Shown: positions 1 through 8,462 of the stretch, in pieces
Layout of the letters: every line of letters begins with the position of its first letter
Numbering within the stretch: the first letter of the stretch is position 1
Origin: a virus
Taxonomy: Duplodnaviria > Caudoviricetes
DNA length: 56,894 bases
Virus record (IMG/VR): IMGVR_UViG_3300033144_008156
Location: 1-56,894 of that record
Direction: 5' to 3' (one strand)
Notes under the pieces: model-generated
What the model saw: the letters and a program-made list of their open reading frames with translations, nothing else
Database searches by the model: none
What the model was told of the DNA's origin: nothing
Made by a program: the position numbers and the translations under genes

Positions 1-1
1 A

Positions 2-286
2 GGTTCTTACATTATTCACGGAAGCGTAAACATAGATAATGACCTTAATAAAGATAACAATGCTTTAGAGTTAGTATATGGGATAGATACAGGATCTGGA
101 GCAACAATAGCAACTGTGCCTTATCAACAAAATATGCAAGGCAAGAAAAATAAAAGAAATGGTATTCAGGGGACCTGGATAAATGTATCATTAACGGCGG
201 GAGATAAGGTACACATGTTTATGAGTACCTGTGATGACAGCTGTACTTGGATAGATGGAAGAATATTTATAGCAACATGGAAATAG
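2..286 (+). CDS. 5'-truncated ORF; C-terminal beta-rich C1q/TNF-like domain, probable tail fibre or decoration protein
   Basis: Frame 2 is open from the window edge to TAG at 284-286 (GSYIIHGSVNI...WINVSLTAGDKVHMFM...IFIATWK). The GxYxI and LxAGDxV patterns are typical of C1q-like heads. Not in the ORF track. Confidence 0.6.
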   Translation, partial: GSYIIHGSVNIDNDLNKDNNALELVYGIDTGSGATIATVPYQQNMQGKKNKRNGIQGTWINVSLTAGDKVHMFMSTCDDSCTWIDGRIFIATWK

Positions 287-673
287 CGAATCCATGTATA
301 AAATGTATTGGAAGCTGCTGTGCTTTAGAGGTAGATATAAGTAAGGATGAATATAATAAATTAGCAATAATGAACTTGAGAGATAAAATCACAAAAAATA
401 TCTCTAAGTTTATAATAGAGAATCCTGAATTTAAGGGAAGAGAAGGTGTGTTAGATGATAGAGAATCCTGAATTTAAGGGAAGAGAAGGTGTGTTAGATG
501 AAATGTATGGAGATAAATATGCTGTAATAAACTTAGGAGAGGATGGGTATTGTGCCTTTTTGAATAGGAAAACAAGAATGTGTGAGATTTATAATGAAAG
601 ACCTGGTACTTGTAGAAAATTTAGTAATGAATCAGAAGAATGTAAAAGAATAAGACAATGTATAGCTTCATAA
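277..673 (+). pseudogene. YkgJ-family Cys-cluster (Fe-S/Zn) protein, frameshifted by a 43-bp tandem duplication
   Basis: The N-half has PCIKCIGSCC and the C-half has CAFL...CEIYNERPGTCRKF. Removing one copy of 415-457/458-500 restores a single 117-aa ORF from ATG 277. Confidence 0.85.
415..500 (+). repeat. Perfect 43-bp direct tandem repeat (2 copies)
   Basis: atagagaatcctgaatttaagggaagagaaggtgtgttagatg occurs at 415-457 and 458-500. Confidence 0.97.
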
Positions 674-1185
674 TTTCTCCCTTAAATGCTGACGCAGATA
701 CTGCCTACTTTAGTAAGTGGCTAAAAGATAACTATGCCTCCACCTATAGAGGACTATCTATAGGAGGAGAAGTTCTTATTCAATTTAGTACCGAACCTTC
801 ATCTGGAGATAAAACTACTATAACTAATAAGTATGAGTCTCTAACTGCTGAAGATGTTTTGGTTTTAGAAAATATAATTATAACTTACGAAGGAAGAACA
901 GAAGATGGTCAGAACTATTATGATGAAGTAAGGGGAAATTTAGCATTGCAATATAACGCAGGAACTTTAAGTATAGAAGATGCTAATTACATAGAAGTAA
1001 CAAAACTTTCTGTAGTTAAAAGTTTATTAATAACCGGAGATTGGGCAACTGCTCAATATGAGATGGATAATAATGTGGTTGAAAATGAAACAGTTTCTCA
1101 AACAGATATAGACAATGGATTTACACAAGCAAGATATGATGATATTAAATCCGGAATTGATGACTATGTAGCTACTCACTATTAA
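658..1185 (+). CDS. Hypothetical acidic protein in the tail gene region
   Basis: 175-aa ORF overlapping the upstream stop, in the same operon; no motif recognised. Confidence 0.75.
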   Translation: MYSFIISPLNADADTAYFSKWLKDNYASTYRGLSIGGEVLIQFSTEPSSGDKTTITNKYESLTAEDVLVLENIIITYEGRTEDGQNYYDEVRGNLALQYNAGTLSIEDANYIEVTKLSVVKSLLITGDWATAQYEMDNNVVENETVSQTDIDNGFTQARYDDIKSGIDDYVATHY

Positions 1186-1195
1186 AAATTAAACA

Positions 1196-2026
1196 ATGGC
1201 ACTAACAGGAAAATACATAAGCATAGATAGAGTAATGGAAGGTATATTCCGTGATTATGGCTGGACCCATGAAGTAGACTGGGTAGATGCCTTAGAATGG
1301 ACTGGAGAGGTAATGGATATGATAGCAGTCCCTCAGCAATACCTAGATAAAGTAACAGATGGAAATGTAGATCTAAATCATCCCTGTGCTGTAGGAATAA
1401 AGAAATATAGAGGAACTCTTCCTTGTGATATGTTATATCCTGTCCAGATAAGAGATGCAGGAACTAAAATTCCTCTAAGGTACAGCTCTGATAGCTTTCA
1501 TACAGGATTAGAAAAAATGGAAGAAAATGCACCTTCGCCTCCCTTAACTCTTTCTTCATTTGGAAATATAACATTTTCATCTCCTTTTATAACAACTCAA
1601 AATCAATTGAAAGATTCTTGTACTACAGATTTGACTTATACTATTAATGGCTGTTATATCTTCACAAACTTTGAAGAGGGGGCATTAGAAATAGTCTATA
1701 AAGCATTCCCAATGACTGCAGATGGACAGCCCCTTATTCCAGACAATGTTAAGTATATTCAAGCTATAAAAGCATACATAGCAGAGAAAATAGGACAAAA
1801 AATGTTTATACAAGGAAAATTAGATGGTCAGAAGTTTAACTACCTTCAGAGAGAGCGGGACTGGTACTTAGGGGCAGCAACTACTGCTGGCTTAATGCCT
1901 ACAGTAGACCAGATGGAAACTTGGAAAAATCAATTTGTAAGACTTATTCCCCAAATGAACGCACATGGTACTAGCTTTAAGTATTATGGAGATATGCAAA
2001 AAGAAAGAACTATTAATTCTTATTAA
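1196..2026 (+). CDS. crAss-like tail tubular / ring protein (P22 gp4-like role)
   Basis: 276 aa. Matches the crAss-type pattern YISIDRV...ALEW...LPCD...YTING.YIFTNF...LIPDN..YIQAI..YI and lies immediately upstream of the stabilisation protein. Confidence 0.8.
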   Translation: MALTGKYISIDRVMEGIFRDYGWTHEVDWVDALEWTGEVMDMIAVPQQYLDKVTDGNVDLNHPCAVGIKKYRGTLPCDMLYPVQIRDAGTKIPLRYSSDSFHTGLEKMEENAPSPPLTLSSFGNITFSSPFITTQNQLKDSCTTDLTYTINGCYIFTNFEEGALEIVYKAFPMTADGQPLIPDNVKYIQAIKAYIAEKIGQKMFIQGKLDGQKFNYLQRERDWYLGAATTAGLMPTVDQMETWKNQFVRLIPQMNAHGTSFKYYGDMQKERTINSY

Positions 2027-2028
2027 AG

Positions 2029-5000
2029 ATGCCTACGCACGGAAATACCTTCATGGGGGGAATGGATAAGGATACTTCTAAACCAAAGTATCCTAATAAT
2101 AAATACCCGCATTCTGAAAATGTCAGACCTGTTACTGATAAAGGATTATCAACTCAGGCCTTAGAAAACATTAAAGGAACTGAAGAAGTTTTTGAAATGT
2201 TAGATATAAAGGGAATGTTAGTATTAGAAGCTACTAGTAATGTAGTTACTACTCTTACCCAGGCTTTTCAGTTAGAAACATTAGTACCTAATTTAAATAT
2301 AATAGAAACCATAGTTACCCCTGTTGGAAGTCTCACAGACAGTTTATTCGATCAAATAGAAGAACTTTTAAAAGATAAGCAATTTACTTATCATAGATTA
2401 TTTGATGAAAATAGAATGGTAATTTATTATGAGACCAATAACCCAAGGCAAATAGTTAAATTTAACAACTCCCAGCAAGGAACTTACGGAGATTTAAAAT
2501 GGGAAATATATCCAGAAATTTCCAAATTTAGAATTATAGGACACACTCCTTTAAGAGATACTACAATATTATTTACAGTAAATGATGATGGGGAACATGG
2601 TTGGAATTTAACAGAAACTTTTAGTCAGATCTGGAAAATGTCCTATGATCCTAAAGATCCTAAAGGAACTGCAAAAGTGAATTTACTTTATAATGGAAGA
2701 CTTAATTTCAGCAGAGAACATCCTATAGAAGCTATAGCTAGATATGAAAATACCAAAATTCAAAGAGTATATTTCACCGATAATTTTAATGTACCTAGAA
2801 CTTTTAATGCAGTAAGATCAGATACTTGGGCATTAAGAGTAAAAGATTTCTCTCTTATCACTGAGAATGCACTTTCAATGCCTTTAGCTACCACAGAAGA
2901 GCAAGATGGAGGCAATCTTCCTACCGGAAGATTATATGTAACTTACAGATTGAAAAAATTTAGCGGGGCTACAAGTGCAATAGCTCCTTTTAGTACAGGA
3001 GTTTCTATAACTACAAGTACAATAAATACAGGAGCATTAGATCCAGAATATTGGGATTATGCATATGCAACAACTTCTGTATTTAGTACTAAAATGTTAA
3101 ACTACATTGTTCCATTTATTCCCATAGGATTTGATGAAATATCTATATATGTAGTACATGAAGCAAATCCAGGAGCTTTTACATCATACCTGCTTAAAAC
3201 AGACACTTTAACCAGTGAATCTTCTTATGAATTTACTATTTCCACTCTAGTTGATTTAGAAATAGTTCCTATACAGGATCTCAAACAGTATGATATAGAC
3301 TTTGAAAGAGTAAAAACATTGACTGCAAAGCACAATAGATTATTATTTGGCAATATAAAAGAAGCTATTTTCTTAGTAGATTTTGACGCTAGGGCATATA
3401 GATTTAGATCCTGGGATAGTATAGAATCATCAAGTAATGCTACTGTTACCTATATGCATTCTATTTATGGAAACCCTGATCTAGATTTTACTACTAAAAA
3501 AACATGGGATGTATCAGAAGAAGCTGATGCTATAGATATAATGAATAAAGACAGCACTGCTTCTGTTCATGATCCTTATACCTATAAGGTAAATTATGAT
3601 AGTCAAGGAGTCCTTCCAGGAGATGCAGGAACTGCTCCTGCTATTCCTAATATTGCTAATTCATTTTATACTAATACTTTAGGAGGGTCAGGACCTAACA
3701 TACAATATGAATTTACATTTAAAGAAATAACTATAGATGATTCTTCTCATGTAGCTCCTAGCAATACAGATGCAGCAAGTCCTAAAGAAATAGGAAATCC
3801 TTTATGGCCAGAAATTCCTCCCTTTGTTAATGTTCCTGCTAGTGATGGGATTGATGTGGAAATAAACAATGAAGAAACAATAGATATAGGACCTGGCTTT
3901 GCCAATTTCAAGAATGGAAGAATAGAAGCCTATTTCAAAGGATACATGAGAGATGAGGTTTATAGATTTGGAATTGTATTCTATTCAAAAACAGGAAGAA
4001 CCTCAGATGTAAAGTGGATTGCAGATATAAGGATGCCGTGTGCTGGAGACTTTAGTCCCGATAGTGATGGAGTATGGAAAGGAGCATTAGCACAATGGTA
4101 TTCTTCAACTATGCCTAAAATAACTACAGATGCTTATATTCCTCAAGGTGACGGAGAAACAAAAGGATGGATGCTAGGATTAAAATTTCATGTAGATTTA
4201 CGAAACTATGCAGACTTAAAAGGAGATATATCTGGATTTTCTATAGTCAGAGCTCCCAGAAGGCAGAAAGATAAGACTATAATTGCAGAAGGAGCTTTAG
4301 GAGAAGTAGCATATAAGGCAATATCAGGAGGAACTCCTGCGGCAGATGTCAGGTATCCAGAACTTTTAAATCCCTCTCAGTTTAAAGCACAAAAAACTCG
4401 TTATTGGGACTATAATCTTTCTACTCCTACACTTAAGGCATTACCAAATGAATGGAGAAGAAGTTATGGTTGGCATTATTCTACTAATTCAACTAAACAA
4501 TGGTTTGAAACTTTAGATCATAGAAATCCTGAATTTGGAAATAGGATAATAAGATGTCAAGAATTAAAGCATGGGGGAAATTATAATACTGGAGGAGGTA
4601 CTTCACATAGTGGTGCAAGTCCCTACTACACTCCAGAAGGAAATCCTGCCTCTAATCCCGGATGGTTCTTTGAGGCTCCCAAAGCAGGAATATACAGATT
4701 TGCAGGGAGCGTCAGGCCTAGAGCACAAATTATATTTGATGTAAAAAACTGGAGTAAGAATGAGCACAAGTGGGGAGATGATTGGGCCAATTCTGCTATT
4801 AATAATACATTGGGAATAACAATTACAATGACTTGTGTAATGGGGTTTAGAATAATAAGGAATAATAATTCCCCTGTTCAAGAAACTTACTTTGAAAATA
4901 ACATTTACTGGGACCATACTTCTCCTGATCAATCTATTTATGATTTAGGATTTGGAAATTTTGTAGCAGAATTTACAACTCAAGGTTCAGAAAATTATGA

Positions 5001-8000
5001 TACAGGAGTAGATGTATTTAGCAATTTAGATAGTAATTTCAGGCGTGTAGCTACAGATTCATTTGGAAATGCTCAAAAATCAGGAGCTGCCTTCACTCTT
5101 GGAATAGGAGATAGAGTTCAATTTATGGGTTGGATGGTAACAGAATATACAGGAGGAACTATTTATAATATAACTAACCTCGAGGGTCAAGGAATAGATA
5201 TGCAGTATAGAATAGAGGGAGGTACTGAAAGTGCTGCTACTGAATTTAGATGCCTTGGAACAGGATCTGCAGATGTTACTAGAAGACTATTTAACTACAC
5301 ACGAGTTATAGATGGTAATCAATACTTAAAGTCCAATGGAGAAACTGTGGGTTATGGGGGACACCAGCATAGTGTATGGGATGATTGGACAAAATCTACT
5401 ACTGACTTTGGAGCTACAGATACTGATCATATAGCATCTGATGATGAAGAATCTGTAGGTCAATTTTGTCCTCAATACCTTACTTTGGACTGTCCTGATT
5501 TAAAGTTTATAACAGGGACTAAAATACAAAATCACCTATTAGAATCTGGAGATGAAGTTAAATACACTTTAAAACCTGTAGCGGGTTATGTACATATATC
5601 AGAAAACAACCCACATACTAACACTCCTCCTGATGGAAGTTTATACTATGAGTATGATGAAGAATCTGCAGCAGGTTCTGCAGCTTCATTTCATGATGGT
5701 AATAGTGGATATAGTGAAATCGGATATTTATATAGTAATGATCCTACTACTGTTAATGGGGTTTCTGATAATGAACAGACTTTTATAAAATGGTTTTCAA
5801 GATATACTAAAGCATTAGCACTCGTACATAATGTAAATTTCACGGATAGAATGAATTTTGCAGATTACGGTTCCCATGATGGATGGGGTACTGTAGGAGA
5901 ATTGACCAAAGTAGAGAGCGGAGCTTATATTGATGTAGATAGTGGAAAAAGTAATATATCAGGGATGGATGAAGAAGATGAACTTAGATTCCTAAATTCA
6001 GGCTTCTGCACTAATTGTCATGAATATATAAACCTTGATAATACAGGATCTGCTATTGTATCTCCAGGAGTATTTACTGCATTCATAGCTGGAAAATTTT
6101 CTAGAATTACCAAATATCTAATAAATTTTTCTTTTGGCTATGGGGATGGTGGAGTTAGAGATAATGATCCCTATATAGGAAATGGAAATTTAATATGGGA
6201 TAATAACAGACATGTAGAACAACATAATGAATATCATAATCCACAAACAAGTTATCCCGGAAATAGAGTAGGATTTTACGATTCTAGTGGAAATAATAAA
6301 AAAATACCTAGAAGAGGACAAGTAACTATTGTAGATATATGTAGAGAATTAGAAAGCCAATATGGAGGAAATACTTTTAAAGAAAGGAAAGATTCTGAAT
6401 ATATGAGTGTTGGGCATTTTACCCGAGTTAATGATAAAAGTGATGATGTCATAACAGTATCAATATTTGGGGGAGATATATTTCAAAGTGCTTTTGCTGA
6501 GAAAAAATTATATTCAGAAAATTTCAATTTTAGAAGATATAATTCAAGTAATGTATTAATAGATCCTCAAATAGCATTTAGTCCAATAGTAGGTAAAATA
6601 TATCCCATACAAAGTGTTGTAAATACTGATATGAGAGTAGGGTATAACTTTAACAATTTTCATAGTTATCCCGACATTCTACTTCCTCCCGATGATACTG
6701 CTGTAGAGTTGGTATATGAAATAGAACCAGATGACTATACCTGCCCAATACTGTATATAACAGAGAAAAAATTACAAACATATCTAGTTACAGGCCAAAA
6801 TATCCTAACAGGAGAGTTTGATAATAGGGTATATATGTCTCAAACAAAAATCAATGGAGAACTGTTTGATTCTTGGACTATATTCAAACCTCTTGATTAT
6901 ATGGATGTAGATGGACATTATGGTCCCATTAATAAGCTTGAAGTATTTAATGATCAGGTATTATTTTATCAAGATAAATCATTCGGCATAATATCTCTCA
7001 ACCCTCAAAGTTTAATTACAGATAATTCAGGGGGAAGTGTCCAATTAGGAACAGGGAAAGGATTAGTCGCTTTTAGGTATATATCTAATTCTGTAGGAGC
7101 ATTTCATCAATGGGGAATAGTAAAAGCTAAGGGAGCTGTATATTTCTTTGATGCTTATCATAGAAAGTTCTTTAGATATTCTCCAAAAGGACCAGAACCT
7201 CTTTCAGATTTAAAAGGAATGTCATCTTGGATACATAAGAACATTACAGGAAGTGTACTTACCTCAGATAACCCTATTTTATTTTCAGGAATAACATCAG
7301 TGTATGACCAGAGATTTAATGAAGTAATATTTACTTTCCATGTAGAAGAAGAAAAAGAAGATATTTTACTTCCTTCTGGAGCTGCAAGTACAACTACAGC
7401 AGAAGAGGCCACACAGGTAGGGCTAGGAGGACTTACTGCAGATACTCCTTGTGCAACTTTTGGAGGACATTTAGAAGCAGGAGGAGTCTTTTTTCTAGAT
7501 AATCCTGGCCTTGATACAACATTAATGATAGAACTTTTATCAACTCCAGGTATACATGTGCAACTTGATTTTAGTTGTGGGGATGATCCTGCAGCTACTT
7601 TGGGAATAGTTGATGCAACAGTTACTTCGGACCTTCAAAATCTTCCAGTAATTTTTTCTTTTATTATACCTCCTGGATCAGAATATCCTTTAAGTTTTAC
7701 TTTTGCCAATGTAATAACAAGTTGTGTACAACTTCTTATTTGGTGCCCTGCAGTTCCTGTACATCCTGGTTTACCTGAAGAAGAATCTACTATATTAGTA
7801 AAACCAAAAACATCATATACTTTGGTTTATAATGAAATGATAGATGCTTTTAGTTCTTTTTATTCTCATTTTCCAAGGCATTATGTATCTGATTCTAAAA
7901 GAATATTTAGTCAACCTCCATTAGGATATCCTGTTCATCTCCATGATGCAGGAGTACGGGGGGAGTTTTATAAAGAAACTTTTGATTCCATAATAGAATT

Positions 8001-8334
8001 ATTAGTTAATCCTAAAGGAACCTGGACCAAAGTATTTAACAACATAGAATACTTAACACAAGCCTCTACCTCAGGAGGAACTGATCTGGTAGATATTACA
8101 TTTGATACCCTTAGAGTATTGAACGAATATCAAGATACTGGAGATATCACCTTAGTAGTAGACGACAATGTTAAGAGAAGAATGAGAACTTGGAGAACAC
8201 AAGTACCAAGAGATGGAAAAGCAAGAATTAGAAACCCATATGTAACCATGAAATTTACATATGAGAATACTCCTAATAATAGGAGATTAATCATACATGA
8301 CATTTTAACTCATTATATGGATGCACCAATGTAA
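2029..8334 (+). CDS. crAss-like tail stabilisation / muzzle protein (P22 gp10-like) with large insertions
   Basis: 2101 aa. Shows NTFMGGMDKD, RVYFTDNFN, GYMRDEVYRFGIVFY...VKWIADIRMP, FGGDIF, SQTKINGELFDSW, DVDGHYGPIN, KVFNNIEY and KRRMRTWR. Confidence 0.85.
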   Translation: MPTHGNTFMGGMDKDTSKPKYPNNKYPHSENVRPVTDKGLSTQALENIKGTEEVFEMLDIKGMLVLEATSNVVTTLTQAFQLETLVPNLNIIETIVTPVGSLTDSLFDQIEELLKDKQFTYHRLFDENRMVIYYETNNPRQIVKFNNSQQGTYGDLKWEIYPEISKFRIIGHTPLRDTTILFTVNDDGEHGWNLTETFSQIWKMSYDPKDPKGTAKVNLLYNGRLNFSREHPIEAIARYENTKIQRVYFTDNFNVPRTFNAVRSDTWALRVKDFSLITENALSMPLATTEEQDGGNLPTGRLYVTYRLKKFSGATSAIAPFSTGVSITTSTINTGALDPEYWDYAYATTSVFSTKMLNYIVPFIPIGFDEISIYVVHEANPGAFTSYLLKTDTLTSESSYEFTISTLVDLEIVPIQDLKQYDIDFERVKTLTAKHNRLLFGNIKEAIFLVDFDARAYRFRSWDSIESSSNATVTYMHSIYGNPDLDFTTKKTWDVSEEADAIDIMNKDSTASVHDPYTYKVNYDSQGVLPGDAGTAPAIPNIANSFYTNTLGGSGPNIQYEFTFKEITIDDSSHVAPSNTDAASPKEIGNPLWPEIPPFVNVPASDGIDVEINNEETIDIGPGFANFKNGRIEAYFKGYMRDEVYRFGIVFYSKTGRTSDVKWIADIRMPCAGDFSPDSDGVWKGALAQWYSSTMPKITTDAYIPQGDGETKGWMLGLKFHVDLRNYADLKGDISGFSIVRAPRRQKDKTIIAEGALGEVAYKAISGGTPAADVRYPELLNPSQFKAQKTRYWDYNLSTPTLKALPNEWRRSYGWHYSTNSTKQWFETLDHRNPEFGNRIIRCQELKHGGNYNTGGGTSHSGASPYYTPEGNPASNPGWFFEAPKAGIYRFAGSVRPRAQIIFDVKNWSKNEHKWGDDWANSAINNTLGITITMTCVMGFRIIRNNNSPVQETYFENNIYWDHTSPDQSIYDLGFGNFVAEFTTQGSENYDTGVDVFSNLDSNFRRVATDSFGNAQKSGAAFTLGIGDRVQFMGWMVTEYTGGTIYNITNLEGQGIDMQYRIEGGTESAATEFRCLGTGSADVTRRLFNYTRVIDGNQYLKSNGETVGYGGHQHSVWDDWTKSTTDFGATDTDHIASDDEESVGQFCPQYLTLDCPDLKFITGTKIQNHLLESGDEVKYTLKPVAGYVHISENNPHTNTPPDGSLYYEYDEESAAGSAASFHDGNSGYSEIGYLYSNDPTTVNGVSDNEQTFIKWFSRYTKALALVHNVNFTDRMNFADYGSHDGWGTVGELTKVESGAYIDVDSGKSNISGMDEEDELRFLNSGFCTNCHEYINLDNTGSAIVSPGVFTAFIAGKFSRITKYLINFSFGYGDGGVRDNDPYIGNGNLIWDNNRHVEQHNEYHNPQTSYPGNRVGFYDSSGNNKKIPRRGQVTIVDICRELESQYGGNTFKERKDSEYMSVGHFTRVNDKSDDVITVSIFGGDIFQSAFAEKKLYSENFNFRRYNSSNVLIDPQIAFSPIVGKIYPIQSVVNTDMRVGYNFNNFHSYPDILLPPDDTAVELVYEIEPDDYTCPILYITEKKLQTYLVTGQNILTGEFDNRVYMSQTKINGELFDSWTIFKPLDYMDVDGHYGPINKLEVFNDQVLFYQDKSFGIISLNPQSLITDNSGGSVQLGTGKGLVAFRYISNSVGAFHQWGIVKAKGAVYFFDAYHRKFFRYSPKGPEPLSDLKGMSSWIHKNITGSVLTSDNPILFSGITSVYDQRFNEVIFTFHVEEEKEDILLPSGAASTTTAEEATQVGLGGLTADTPCATFGGHLEAGGVFFLDNPGLDTTLMIELLSTPGIHVQLDFSCGDDPAATLGIVDATVTSDLQNLPVIFSFIIPPGSEYPLSFTFANVITSCVQLLIWCPAVPVHPGLPEEESTILVKPKTSYTLVYNEMIDAFSSFYSHFPRHYVSDSKRIFSQPPLGYPVHLHDAGVRGEFYKETFDSIIELLVNPKGTWTKVFNNIEYLTQASTSGGTDLVDITFDTLRVLNEYQDTGDITLVVDDNVKRRMRTWRTQVPRDGKARIRNPYVTMKFTYENTPNNRRLIIHDILTHYMDAPM

Positions 8335-8413
8335 AATAGTTAAAAAGAATAATATTTAATATTATAAAATAGAAAGTATAATACACGACATTAGATAATT
8401 CATTATATAATTA

Positions 8414-8444
8414 TTGGATTTAAGATGTCTTCCTATTATTTTTG
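8414..8444 (+). promoter_or_regulatory. Candidate Bacteroidota sigma-A promoter (TTG-N20-TAnnTTTG) upstream of the cargo/vRNAP genes
   Basis: TTG at 8414-8416 and TATTTTTG at 8437-8444, in the only sizeable + strand intergenic gap, 18 nt before ATG 8463. Confidence 0.5.
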
Positions 8445-8456
8445 TAATACAAAAAT
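8438..8456. repeat. Perfect inverted repeat with 9-bp arms and a 1-nt centre (operator-like)
   Basis: ATTTTTGTA-A-TACAAAAAT overlaps the -7 box and the predicted transcription start. Confidence 0.6.
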
Positions 8457-8462
8457 TAAGAT

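Noticed and set aside
415-500. CRISPR-like repeat
   Set aside because: Only two directly abutting copies, with no spacer and no cas genes.
247-673. Two separate small genes (247-471 and 455-673)
   Set aside because: They are halves of one YkgJ-family gene split by the 43-bp duplication. The TTG at 247 lies inside the upstream ORF.
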